Origin: an uncultured Acidimicrobiales bacterium
GTDB lineage: Bacteria > Actinomycetota > Acidimicrobiia > Acidimicrobiales > Aldehydirespiratoraceae
DNA length: 64,000 nucleotides
Direction: 5' to 3'
Assembly: GCA_905480195.1 (NCBI GenBank)
Contig: CAJQPN010000017.1
Coordinates: forward strand, 6,233-70,232
In this document: piece by piece, positions 28,463-38,265 of the stretch
How the letters are laid out: the number at the start of each line of letters is the position of its first letter
How positions within the stretch are numbered: position 1 is the stretch's first letter
The notes under the pieces: model-generated
The model's input: the letters and a program-made list of their open reading frames with translations, nothing else
Database searches by the model: none
What the model was told of the DNA's origin: nothing
Program-made: the position numbers and the translations under genes

Positions 28463-30274
28463 ATGACAGTCGAGATCTCGGTACCGACGGATTGCACCGT
28501 GGTCGACGTTGCGGTCAATGCCGGGACGCCAGTGGCAACCGACACGGTTGTGGCGATCGTCGAGATGATGAAGATCGAGCACCTCGTTCGAGCACCCGAA
28601 GCCGGTGTCGTAACCGAGATGCGGGTTGAGCCCGGCCAAGTACTGAAGGCGGGAACGGTGATCGCCATACTCACCCCCGGCAAAGCCGTCACCGAATCAC
28701 CCAACGACGCCGCTCCTGTCGCAGCCGATCGTGCCGACCTCGCTGAGCTGCGGGCACGCCGGAACCTTCTCAACGACGATGCACGACCGGAGGCGGTCGC
28801 CAAGGTCCACGCGCGTGGAAGACGAACCGCTCGCGAGAACCTCGCCGACCTCGTCGACGAGGGCAGCTTCCAGGAGTACGGGAGTTTCATGTACGCCGCC
28901 CAGAAAGGTCGCCGCAACGTCGAGGATCTCATCGCCAACACGCCTGGCGACGGCATCGTCGGGGGGTTGGCAACGGTGAACGCCGATCTGGTTGGCGAAT
29001 CCAGGGCCCACGTCGCCGTGATGTCGTACGACTACACCGTCCTCGCAGGAACGCAAGGCTTTCGGGGTCATGAAAAGAAGGACCGACTCCTTTCGGTCGC
29101 TCATCAACTCGAGGTTCCGTTGATTCTTTTTGCCGAGGGTGGCGGAGGACGCCCGGGCGACACCGACACGCCGTTCCTGGCCGGGCTTCAGCTCAACACG
29201 TTCGCCTGGATCGCAAAGCTGAGCGGACACGTACCGACCGTGGCGATCGTCAGCGGTCGCTGTTTCGCCGGCAACGCAGCGCTGGCAGGCGTGTGCGACG
29301 TGATCATCGCCACGCCCGATGTCAACCTCGGCATGGCTGGCCCTGCGATGATCGAGGGCGGGGGTCTGGGCACGTTCCAGCCCGAGGACATCGGCCCGAT
29401 CGACGTTCACATTGCCAACGGGGTCGTTGATCTCGCAGCTGACGACGAAGCCCACGCCGTCGAACTGACCAAGCAGTACCTCAGTTACTTTCAGGGACGA
29501 CTCGAGCACTGGGACGCCCCCAACCAGGACGCCATGCGCGACATCGTCCCCGAAAACCGGAAGCGGGTCTACGAGGTCCGCGACGCGATCCACACTCTCG
29601 CTGATGTCGACTCAGTACTCGAATTGCGCCCGGCATGGGGCCGTTCGATCGTCACCGCTCTGGCTCGACTCGAGGGTCGTCCCGTGGGAATCATGGCGAA
29701 CGATCCTGCTCATCTTGGTGGTGCGATCGACTCGGACGCAGCCGACAAGGGCGCACGCTTCATGCAGTTGTGCGACGCCCACGGGCTGCCGATCGTTTCA
29801 CTCTGTGACACGCCGGGTTTCATGGTCGGGCCCGCTGCCGAAGAAACTGCGCAGGTTCGGCACTTTGGACGCATGTTCGTGGTCGGCGCCAGCCTCAACG
29901 TCCCGTTCGTCACCGTGATCCTTCGCAAGGCCGTAGGACTCGGCGCAATGGCAATGACTGCAGGTTCAATGCACGCTGCATTGCTCGCTGTGGCATGGCC
30001 AACCGGCGAAGTGAGCGGCATGGGCATCGAGGGAGCGGTGAAGCACGGTGCTCGTCGCGAGCTCGACGCCATCGATGACCCCACCCAACGCGCGAATCGA
30101 TACGACGAGCTGGTGGCCCGGATGTACGAAAACTCCAAGGCGCTCAACGCCGCTGCGCACAACGAGATCGACGACGTCATCGACCCGGCCGACACCCGAC
30201 GGCGGGTCGTGCAGGTCTTGGTGGCCGCCCCCGAGGTGAATCGAAAAGGCCGCCCGATGATTGACAGCTGGTAG
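28463..30274 (+). CDS. Biotinyl domain + acyl-CoA carboxyltransferase fusion
   Basis: Biotin site EMMKIEH; TAREN, YDYTVLAGTQG, EGGGGRPGD, GRCFAGNA, DTPGFMVGP. Confidence 0.88.
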   Translation: MTVEISVPTDCTVVDVAVNAGTPVATDTVVAIVEMMKIEHLVRAPEAGVVTEMRVEPGQVLKAGTVIAILTPGKAVTESPNDAAPVAADRADLAELRARRNLLNDDARPEAVAKVHARGRRTARENLADLVDEGSFQEYGSFMYAAQKGRRNVEDLIANTPGDGIVGGLATVNADLVGESRAHVAVMSYDYTVLAGTQGFRGHEKKDRLLSVAHQLEVPLILFAEGGGGRPGDTDTPFLAGLQLNTFAWIAKLSGHVPTVAIVSGRCFAGNAALAGVCDVIIATPDVNLGMAGPAMIEGGGLGTFQPEDIGPIDVHIANGVVDLAADDEAHAVELTKQYLSYFQGRLEHWDAPNQDAMRDIVPENRKRVYEVRDAIHTLADVDSVLELRPAWGRSIVTALARLEGRPVGIMANDPAHLGGAIDSDAADKGARFMQLCDAHGLPIVSLCDTPGFMVGPAAEETAQVRHFGRMFVVGASLNVPFVTVILRKAVGLGAMAMTAGSMHAALLAVAWPTGEVSGMGIEGAVKHGARRELDAIDDPTQRANRYDELVARMYENSKALNAAAHNEIDDVIDPADTRRRVVQVLVAAPEVNRKGRPMIDSW

Positions 30275-30275
30275 G

Positions 30276-31205
30276 TCAAGCGCTCGCCGCTCGAAAAGCC
30301 GCCACCAGTGAGCCGATCTGGTCGATCAACTCCTCGCCGTTTGACGTGAATCGAGCGTTGCTCCTGAAGTCGGTGACGCCGACCTCAGCCAGTCGAGGGA
30401 CCGGGTGCATCGTCGCGGCGACGTCGATTGCGCCAGACCCGTCGAAGCGGGTCGGCAGCGAACCGACCACGTCGAGGCCGGTTGCGTCGCCGCCGGCCTC
30501 TGCTACAGCGACACGCATTCGTGGAATCGATGAACCGAGATCAGCAGCGTCAGGCCCCCAAGGGATCCAGCCTGATCCAAAGCGGGCGAGACGCGTCATG
30601 GCTCGCCGGTTGACGGTGCCGCTCACCCAGATGGGCACTCCCCCACCCGCTGGTTTGGGCTGTTGATGGATCTTGGCGAAGGTCACCCGATCGTCGTCGA
30701 ACGATGCCTCGTCATTGGCCCAGAGTTCCTGGCAGACAGCGAGCGTGTGATCGAGTTGGGCGCCGCGCGAAGAAAACGACAGTCCCGCTGCCTCGTACTC
30801 GGCGGCCTGCCAGCCGACACCAACACCGAGATCGAGTCGAGAGCCCGAGAGTACATCGATCGTGGCTACGGCCTTTGCGAGGACGACCGGACGCCTCAAC
30901 GCAGCGAGAAGCACGTTCGTAGCGAACCGGACGCGACGGGTCACCCCCGTCAGATGGGACACGACAGTTAACGGCTCGAGCCACAGACCATCAGGGCCGG
31001 TCGGTTGGCGACCACCATCGACCCCACCCTTGGCCGGATCGGCATACGCCGAGAGATCTGTGCCGAAGGCAACATGATCAGAGAGTGCGAGCCGATCGAG
31101 CCCCGCCCGGTCGGCTGCTACCGCGCGATCGATCAGATGCGACCAGTCTTGCGGATCGTCGGCTGCGAAGGTGGCAAGTGTCAGCGACAGCTGAGGTGAA
31201 GGCAT
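30276..31205 (-). CDS. LLM-class flavin/F420-dependent oxidoreductase
   Basis: SDHV, LAKAVATIDVLSGSRLDLGVGVGW, PIWVSG. Confidence 0.88.
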   Translation of the reverse strand: MPSPQLSLTLATFAADDPQDWSHLIDRAVAADRAGLDRLALSDHVAFGTDLSAYADPAKGGVDGGRQPTGPDGLWLEPLTVVSHLTGVTRRVRFATNVLLAALRRPVVLAKAVATIDVLSGSRLDLGVGVGWQAAEYEAAGLSFSSRGAQLDHTLAVCQELWANDEASFDDDRVTFAKIHQQPKPAGGGVPIWVSGTVNRRAMTRLARFGSGWIPWGPDAADLGSSIPRMRVAVAEAGGDATGLDVVGSLPTRFDGSGAIDVAATMHPVPRLAEVGVTDFRSNARFTSNGEELIDQIGSLVAAFRAASA

Positions 31206-31244
31206 CCCGAAGCGTGGCCGGGCCAGCGCACCCGATGCAACAAC

Positions 31245-32213
31245 TCAGTTGCTGCGCCGGGATCGACGCCGGGCACCGGTGGGTGCTCGCTCGGCCGGCG
31301 TGAAGTCAACTTCGGGCACCGGCAGCGTGCCGTCAAGGACACCGCGCATCACGGCAAGGTGTGAGGGGTCGTTGCCGCAGCAGCCCCCGATGATGGACAC
31401 CCCGGCGCTGCGCACCCGGTTCGCATGGGCACCCATCACGTCGGGTGACCCGGAATAGACGAGTTCGGTGCCGTGCCAGTGTGGAATGCCGGCATTGGCC
31501 TTGCAGATCACCGGCGTGTCGCCGGCAACCTCGAGCATCTCAGCGAGCGCAGCTTCGGTATCAGCCAGGTTGTTGCCGCAATTCGCACCGAACGCAGCCA
31601 CCTCGAGTTCGAGGAGGCGGGATGCTGCCTGGGCCCCTGTCACCCCCATCATCGTGCGGCCCGCCGTGTCGAAGCTGAGCGTGACGGCGATCGGCAGCTC
31701 AGAAACGGAGCGGACACCTTCGACAGCCGCCTCGATCTCATCGATCGACGACATCGTTTCGATCCAGAGCAGATCGACACCGCCCTCACTGAGACCACGG
31801 GCCTGCTCAGCAAAGGCCGCGGCTGCGTCGACCGCTTGGAGTGAGCCGAGCGGGGCGATGAGTTCGCCGGTTGGGCCGATCGAGCCAGCCACCAGGACGC
31901 GACGCGGGAGCTGATCGACGACGTGGCGGGCGTTGCGGGCAGCCTCGCAATTGAGCTCGACGACGCGGTCGTCGAGCTTGTGGAGCTTGAGCCGGTATCT
32001 GCTTCCACCGAAGGTGTTGGTCAAGACGATGTCGGATCCAACATTGACGTAGGACTCGTGGAGCCCATGCACGACCTCGGGACGATCGAGGTTTAGGCGC
32101 TCCGGCGCATCGCCAGGCTCGAGGCCGGCCGCCATGAGCTGGGTTCCTGTGGCGCCGTCCACGACAAGGAACCCTCGTTCGACAACGAGTTCAGAGAGTA
32201 CGGACTCAGGCAT
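31245..32213 (-). CDS. Homocysteine S-methyltransferase domain protein (betaine-homocysteine methyltransferase Bmt-like)
   Basis: DGATGT, TNTFGG, GSIGPTG, ETMS, GRTMMG, GANCG, KANAGIP, IIGGCCG (Zn ligands). Confidence 0.82.
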   Translation of the reverse strand: MPESVLSELVVERGFLVVDGATGTQLMAAGLEPGDAPERLNLDRPEVVHGLHESYVNVGSDIVLTNTFGGSRYRLKLHKLDDRVVELNCEAARNARHVVDQLPRRVLVAGSIGPTGELIAPLGSLQAVDAAAAFAEQARGLSEGGVDLLWIETMSSIDEIEAAVEGVRSVSELPIAVTLSFDTAGRTMMGVTGAQAASRLLELEVAAFGANCGNNLADTEAALAEMLEVAGDTPVICKANAGIPHWHGTELVYSGSPDVMGAHANRVRSAGVSIIGGCCGNDPSHLAVMRGVLDGTLPVPEVDFTPAERAPTGARRRSRRSN

Positions 32214-32283
32214 GGAGCGAAGGGTAGAAGTTCACCGATGGCTAAACGATGCTCGGACAGCCTGGATGCACACCCACGATCGG

Positions 32284-33828
32284 CTAACGATCGCGCAGTT
32301 CGCGGCGCAAGATCTTGCCCGAGGCGCTCTTCGGGATGGCATCGATGATCTCCAGCAACCGGATCTGCTTGTAGGAGACGAGATGCTCACCGACGAACTC
32401 CTGCAGTTCCTCGAGCGTGAGGTCTTCACCTGGGGCGACTTGCACAAAGGCCTTCGGTAATTCGCCCGCGGCATCGTCGGGTACACCGACAACGGCGACG
32501 TCGAGCACCTTCGGATGGGTGACGATCAGGCCCTCGAGTTCAGCCGGTGGCACCTGGAAGCCGTTGTATTTGATGAGCTCCTTGATGCGATCAACGATCG
32601 AGAAGTAGCCGTCCTCATCGACGATGGCTACGTCACCGGTGTGGAGCCACCCGTCGGCATCGATCGTGTCGACAGTGGCCTGCTCGTTGTTCAGATAGCC
32701 CTTCATCACCATTGGGCCCCGGACCCACAATTCGCCGCGTTCACCGACAGGCTGATCCTCGCCGGTTTCGGGATCGACGATGCGGCTCTCGACGTTGCTC
32801 ACCGCAACACCGCTCGTACCAGGCTTGTTGCGACCCTCAGGCGTGCAGTGGGTAACAGGACTCAGTTCGGTCATGCCGAAACCCTGGACGACCTCGCAGT
32901 TGATCCGGGCTGCGCAAGCCTCCTGTAGCTCGACGGTGAGCGGCGCTGCGCCTGAGAAGACCTGCTTGACCGACGAGAGGTCGTAGTCATCAACGATCGG
33001 GGCCTGCGACAGACCGAGCACCATTGGAGGCACAGCGAAGAAGCGGGTCACCTTGTGGTCTTGAACCAACTGCAGGGCTTCTTGCATATCGAACCGAGGC
33101 ATGGTCAGAACCGTGACCCCATTTGCGAGCATGCCGTTCATCAGCACCTGCATCCCGTAAATGTGGAAGAACGGCAGGGCCGACAGCCCGACCTCGTTGT
33201 CGGTGTAGACGAGCACATGTTCCATCTGGCAGATGTTCGCCACGAGGTTGTAGTGCGTGAGCATGACGCCCTTGGGCAAGCCTGTGGTACCCGAGGAGTA
33301 CGGGAGCACCATCACGTGATCTCGGGCATCAACCGGAACTTGTTGAAGCGGCTCACCCATGTAGTCGGCGAGTGGTGTGGTGTCCTCGGCAGCGTCGATC
33401 GTGACGATCTCGGTCACGTCGGTACCCTCGATGGCCTCGCGTGCGACGTCGACGAACATGGCGATCGTGACGATCACGTTTGCGCCGGCGTCCTGCAACT
33501 GGTGCCGGACCTCGCTGGGACCGTATGTGGGGTTGATGGTGGTGAGCGTTGCGCCAGCGGTTGCAACACCGTGGAACACCACGGGGTACTGGGGCAGATT
33601 CGGCGCCATCAACGCAATACAGGAACCGACGCCAATCCCGCGTTCGGCGAGGCCTCCGGCGAAACGACGAGCGGCCTGCTCGAGTTGGGCGAATGTGTAC
33701 TCGTTGCCATGGCCGTCGGACACTGCGATGCGATCGGGGTACGCACCCGCCTTCGCGAAGACATGATCGGTAATCGACACCTCAGGGATCGCAACGTCGG
33801 GCAGGTTGCTGACATGGATCAAGGACAC
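32284..33828 (-). CDS. 4-coumarate-CoA ligase-like acyl-CoA synthetase
   Basis: YSSGTTGLPKG, PFFHIYG, QGFGMTE, GWLHTGD, DRIKELIK, PKSASGKILR; GGAG RBS before GTG 33828. Confidence 0.9.
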   Translation of the reverse strand: MSLIHVSNLPDVAIPEVSITDHVFAKAGAYPDRIAVSDGHGNEYTFAQLEQAARRFAGGLAERGIGVGSCIALMAPNLPQYPVVFHGVATAGATLTTINPTYGPSEVRHQLQDAGANVIVTIAMFVDVAREAIEGTDVTEIVTIDAAEDTTPLADYMGEPLQQVPVDARDHVMVLPYSSGTTGLPKGVMLTHYNLVANICQMEHVLVYTDNEVGLSALPFFHIYGMQVLMNGMLANGVTVLTMPRFDMQEALQLVQDHKVTRFFAVPPMVLGLSQAPIVDDYDLSSVKQVFSGAAPLTVELQEACAARINCEVVQGFGMTELSPVTHCTPEGRNKPGTSGVAVSNVESRIVDPETGEDQPVGERGELWVRGPMVMKGYLNNEQATVDTIDADGWLHTGDVAIVDEDGYFSIVDRIKELIKYNGFQVPPAELEGLIVTHPKVLDVAVVGVPDDAAGELPKAFVQVAPGEDLTLEELQEFVGEHLVSYKQIRLLEIIDAIPKSASGKILRRELRDR

Positions 33829-33902
33829 TGGACACTCCATCGATGGGGAAGAACACAAAATCGTAGCTTCAGTTCTGAGACGCCAGTGCCTATGCTTTAT
33901 CT

Positions 33903-34718
33903 ATGACCCCCACTGATCCACTGGGTCGCCTTCTTCCGCGCTACGAGATCAGCGCGCAGCGATTCGAGATCGACTGGAACGTCAAGCCCGGCAAACGCAA
34001 GCCTGACCAGCCGGAGACGGTAGACCGGGCGGTCATTGTTGACCTTTCGCTCGGAGGCGCACTGATACAAGCCGGCCGTGACAGTGAGCACGTCGTCAAC
34101 GACACGGTGACGGTGCGCTTTGGGGGCGTCGACGGTCAGGTGATCATCCGGCATCGTCAAGAGGCCGAAGACGCTGTGCTGTACGGAGTCGAATGGGACG
34201 TCTCCATCGACGCGCTAGAGCTCATCAAGACGGCCGTCGGATTCGTTCGAATGAGCGGTGAACTCCCGCCTCAATGGGAAGAAGCTCAGTCCCCAGTACT
34301 TGACGTTCAGCCGCCCAGGCTGGCGCCTGACTTTCTTCGGGACCGATTACTTCCCCGCTATTCCCTGGCCAACCAGCAGCCCCGCATCGGCTGGGACGTG
34401 AAGCTGGTCAACCCTGTCCTTCGTCGGCGCGAGGCCCGAAAAGAAGCGATCGTCCTTGATCTCTCGCTCGGCGGTGCCCTCATCGAGGTCAGTGCTCCGG
34501 ATACCCACGAAGCCGACGACGTCGTTATTGTGCGGCTCGGAGGCGTCGACGACCAAGTGGTCATCCGGCACCGCCAGGAGTCCGGCGATGCGGTGTTGTA
34601 CGGACTCGAATGGGGTGGGTCCTACGAGTTTTCGCAGGCTGTTGCGAAAGCCGTCCAGATGGCTCGTGGCGACAGCGAAGATAAACTCCGAACTCGCTGG
34701 GAATCAGGCCGAGACTGA
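33903..34718 (+). CDS. Tandem PilZ-like domain protein
   Basis: Two internal repeats, each with RLLPR (RxxxR) and DLSLGG (D/NxSxxG). Confidence 0.7.
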   Translation: MTPTDPLGRLLPRYEISAQRFEIDWNVKPGKRKPDQPETVDRAVIVDLSLGGALIQAGRDSEHVVNDTVTVRFGGVDGQVIIRHRQEAEDAVLYGVEWDVSIDALELIKTAVGFVRMSGELPPQWEEAQSPVLDVQPPRLAPDFLRDRLLPRYSLANQQPRIGWDVKLVNPVLRRREARKEAIVLDLSLGGALIEVSAPDTHEADDVVIVRLGGVDDQVVIRHRQESGDAVLYGLEWGGSYEFSQAVAKAVQMARGDSEDKLRTRWESGRD

Positions 34719-34750
34719 CGAGAATCGGTAAACCGCCATAGGCTTCCACT

Positions 34751-35113
34751 ATGGACCTCTCGGGGACACGCATCCGTCGAGCCGTGCGCGATACGTGGAC
34801 CGAGCTCAAGGCTCGCCGTGCGGGACGTGCTGGCATCGTGAAGCCGAAAGTGAACAGCGCTCGGCAGATCGCCGGAATCACCGGTGCGTTGATGTCGAAC
34901 GGGTACGACCGCATCGCCGAGGGTTCGAAAGCGTATGAAAAGTCGTTCGACCCTCACATTCCACCAAGTGTTCACGTCTCCTACAACGACATGCTCCGCC
35001 ACAACGTGCCGGTCCCGTTGGCCGAGCGTTGCATCGAAGACTGGCAAAGCCCGCCTCGTCCCGACGTCGACGCTGAGCTGAATGCAATTCTTGACGAGGC
35101 TGGCGACTGTTGA
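34751..35113 (+). CDS. Hypothetical protein
   Basis: 120-aa ORF with TAGGCT 6 nt before the ATG; no recognisable motif. Confidence 0.55.
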   Translation: MDLSGTRIRRAVRDTWTELKARRAGRAGIVKPKVNSARQIAGITGALMSNGYDRIAEGSKAYEKSFDPHIPPSVHVSYNDMLRHNVPVPLAERCIEDWQSPPRPDVDAELNAILDEAGDC

Positions 35114-35116
35114 CGC

Positions 35117-36328
35117 TCAGTGGGTTCGAACGATTAGTTCGTCGAGTCCGCGAAGGTTGATACGACCGTTCCACCTCGGTTCACCCACGATGTCGACCTG
35201 ACCGAACCGCTTTGCGAAACTCTCGATTGCGACCTCGGCTTCGAGTTTTGCCAGCGAGGCTCCCAAGCAGTAGTGGATGCCGGAGCCGAAGGACACGTGT
35301 TGCCCTGCGTTGGCGCGGGCAAGGTCGAGAGTATCGGCGGTCGGACCCCAGAAATCGGGGTCGCGGTTCGAAGAAGCCAGCGAGACGAGAATGAGCGCCC
35401 CTTTGGGAATGCGCTTGCCCCGAAACTCGATGTCGGCCGTGGCAACTCGACGAGTTATCTGTACTGGCGAAACCCACCGGAGGAGTTCATCGATCCCGGT
35501 TGCAGGCATGCCGTGCGCACGAACGAGTTCGAACTGATCCGGGTGCCGTAACAGCTCTCGAATCCCCGTTCCGATGAGGTTGACGGTCGTTTCGTGGCCA
35601 GCGATGAAAAGCAGTGATACCTGGTCGCGCAGCTCCCTCCTCGTCATGGTGTCACCGTCGTCCTCCGCCTCGAGGAGCAGGGTGAGCAGGTCGTCTCCCC
35701 GGTTATCGGCCTTCCAGTCGATGACCTTGGCGAGATGTGCTCCCATCTTCTCGTCGGCGTCCAGCGCTGCGGCGACCTCCTCTTCGCTGATGACGGGGTC
35801 AATCATCTTCACAATCGCGCCGCTCCAATCGCGAATGAGATCCTTATCGGCCTCCGGCATGCCGAGCATCTCGGAGATGACGTCGAACGGAAGCGGAAAA
35901 GCGAGCCGTTCGACGACGTCAGTGTCTCCGTCGGCTGCCATCTGATCGAGCATCTCGTCGACCATGCGTTGGATCATTGGTCGAAGCGCCTCGATCGTTC
36001 GCGGTGTAAAAGCCTTGCTCACGAGACGGCGCAACCTTGTGTGATCAGGGGGATCGATGTTGAGAATCGATCGGTTGTGGTCATCTGGATCAACGTCCTC
36101 GAGGAGCGCGGCCCGCTCGAGGCGTTCCATGTCGATGTTCTCGTCATCGACACTCAAGCTCGGGTCGCGCAACAGCGTGAACGTGTCGTCGTAACGGAAC
36201 AGACCCCATTGCCCAGTCAGGAGATGATGAACCGGGTCCTGCTCGCGAATCTCAGCGAGGTGCGACCAAGGATCATCGATGTAGCCCTCTGCGAGCGGGT
36301 TGAAGAAAACCGGTTCCGTTGCATCCAT
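35117..36328 (-). CDS. Cytochrome P450
   Basis: DPPDHTRLR, AGHETT, ELLR (ExxR), heme motif FGSGIHYCLG. Confidence 0.95.
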   Translation of the reverse strand: MDATEPVFFNPLAEGYIDDPWSHLAEIREQDPVHHLLTGQWGLFRYDDTFTLLRDPSLSVDDENIDMERLERAALLEDVDPDDHNRSILNIDPPDHTRLRRLVSKAFTPRTIEALRPMIQRMVDEMLDQMAADGDTDVVERLAFPLPFDVISEMLGMPEADKDLIRDWSGAIVKMIDPVISEEEVAAALDADEKMGAHLAKVIDWKADNRGDDLLTLLLEAEDDGDTMTRRELRDQVSLLFIAGHETTVNLIGTGIRELLRHPDQFELVRAHGMPATGIDELLRWVSPVQITRRVATADIEFRGKRIPKGALILVSLASSNRDPDFWGPTADTLDLARANAGQHVSFGSGIHYCLGASLAKLEAEVAIESFAKRFGQVDIVGEPRWNGRINLRGLDELIVRTH

Positions 36329-36380
36329 GCCGTGATGGTACGACGCAGCCCTGTCGGTGAGTCGCCGTAGCATTCGGTTC

Positions 36381-37292
36381 ATGGCCTCGATCAGTCCAGC
36401 AGAGCGTGACGTCGAAGAGGGCATCGCTCCGTGGGACGGCCGCCGCGTACCAATGACCCTTCTCGGCGGCTACCTCGGTAGCGGCAAGACCACCATCCTC
36501 AATGACTTGCTTCGCCGGACCGACCGTCCACTCGCGGTGCTGGTCAATGACGTAGGTGAGATCAACATCGATGCACAGCTGCTCAAGAAGCGGGCGGGTG
36601 AGACGTTGGAGCTCACCGACGGGTGCGTCTGCTGCTCGATGAAGGAGGGCCTCGGAGCGGCACTCGCCAAGTTACGGGCCCGACCCGAGCCGCCTGATCA
36701 CGTGATCATCGAACTCAGTGGCGTGGCAGACCCGACCCAGGTCCTGCCGTGGACGAACTCCGACGGGTTCCGACTCGACGGCCTGATCGTCTTGGCCGAC
36801 GCCACCGCCGTTATCACCCAACTACGCGACGAGCGTCTCCGGCCATTGCTCGAGCGACAGATCACCCCTGCTGATCTCGTGGTGATCTCGAAATCCCAGC
36901 TTGTGACGAGCGATGAACGCACCGCAGCAAAGCGAGCCGTAGCCGCCGTGTCCCTCGACGTTCCGGTCGTCGACGATCTCGACGGCACGGTCGCCTCGAC
37001 GCTGCTCGGTCTGGGCACCCGCCGTGGTCACGATGCCACCGCCGTTCCGCCGCCGACACTGCTCGATTTGCACCGCACCGAGGTGCACCCGCTCCCCCGG
37101 CCAACCACCGGCACCGCGCTGAGCGATCTTCTCGAGGGGCTGCCCGACGACGTCGTTCGGGCCAAGGGCATCGCCGAGGGCCCAGACGGTTCCCGGCTGT
37201 TACTTCAGGTCGTCGGACGCCGCCGTCGAATCACCCTGCTTCCTCGCTCCGAGGATCAGGAACCGACCGATCTCGTCGTCATCCGGTTCTGA
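36381..37292 (+). CDS. CobW/COG0523 GTP-binding metallochaperone
   Basis: GYLGSGKTT, VNDVGEINID, GCVCCS, ELSGVA, RAKG. Confidence 0.9.
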   Translation: MASISPAERDVEEGIAPWDGRRVPMTLLGGYLGSGKTTILNDLLRRTDRPLAVLVNDVGEINIDAQLLKKRAGETLELTDGCVCCSMKEGLGAALAKLRARPEPPDHVIIELSGVADPTQVLPWTNSDGFRLDGLIVLADATAVITQLRDERLRPLLERQITPADLVVISKSQLVTSDERTAAKRAVAAVSLDVPVVDDLDGTVASTLLGLGTRRGHDATAVPPPTLLDLHRTEVHPLPRPTTGTALSDLLEGLPDDVVRAKGIAEGPDGSRLLLQVVGRRRRITLLPRSEDQEPTDLVVIRF

Positions 37293-37301
37293 CCCGATCG
37301 G

Positions 37302-38243
37302 TCAGGTGCCGGCAAGGGCCTCGATGACCTCGCCGAAGTGTTCCATGCCTTGCCCGTCACTGTGCTGGACAACGACATAGTTGAAGCCCCACCGCTCGCG
37401 TCGTTCCTGCAACTGCTCGACGATCTCAGAGACCGAACCGACGATCAATGCTGGTGTCTGGGCGACATGCTCGGTCGGAGCACCGAACATTTGAGAGAAG
37501 AACTCAAGGGCCCCGTCACGGTCATTGGTGATGGTGGTATTCATCGACAGTGAGCTGAGTTCGAGTTCTCCGGCTCGTTCACCGGCAACATCTCGCACCC
37601 TGGCGAGCTTGCCATCGTAGGCGGCGGGCATCGAGTCGGCGATGGCGTCGGCCCCCACCTCTCCGGCCCGGAGGTTGGCGGTGATGCCGACGATGTCGGC
37701 GTTGTCTGCGGCAAGCCCAAGCATGCGTGGGCCCCCGGCGCCGATGATGATCTTCGGTCCGCCAGGCGTGTACGGCAGCGGCAATCCGTCGTAGCCACTG
37801 ATTCGATAGTGCGCTCCTTCGAAGTCAAAGGCCCCCTCCGACCAACAGCGTTTGATGATCTCGAGGCTCTCAAGGAAGCGGTCGATGCGCAGTCCCGGAG
37901 CATCGTAAGGCATACCTGACTCGGCGTAGTCGGTCCGCATCCAGCCAGCGCCAAGGCCGAACTCGACACGGCCCTCGGCGATGTGATCGAGCGTGGCGAT
38001 CTCTTTGGCCAGCACCACCGGATGGCGGTAGTCGTTTCCAAAGACCAGCGCGCCAACCGTGAGCTCGGTCGTCACGGCTGCAGCAGCCGACAGTGCGGTC
38101 AGCACCCCGAACTGATCGTGGAAGTGATCGGGCATGAGCAGCGACGAAAAGCCGGTCTGTTCGGCGTAGCGGGCAGTGTCGACCCACGTCATGCCCTCAA
38201 TTGGCCCGTGGGTCTGGAGTCCGAAGCGGAACGGTAACGACAT
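37302..38243 (-). CDS. LLM-class probable F420-dependent oxidoreductase
   Basis: PFRFG, PDHF, NDYRHPVVLAKEIATLD, GLGAGW, IGAGGPRML. Confidence 0.88.
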   Translation of the reverse strand: MSLPFRFGLQTHGPIEGMTWVDTARYAEQTGFSSLLMPDHFHDQFGVLTALSAAAAVTTELTVGALVFGNDYRHPVVLAKEIATLDHIAEGRVEFGLGAGWMRTDYAESGMPYDAPGLRIDRFLESLEIIKRCWSEGAFDFEGAHYRISGYDGLPLPYTPGGPKIIIGAGGPRMLGLAADNADIVGITANLRAGEVGADAIADSMPAAYDGKLARVRDVAGERAGELELSSLSMNTTITNDRDGALEFFSQMFGAPTEHVAQTPALIVGSVSEIVEQLQERRERWGFNYVVVQHSDGQGMEHFGEVIEALAGT

Positions 38244-38265
38244 GACGTCCGACCCTAGAGGCGGC

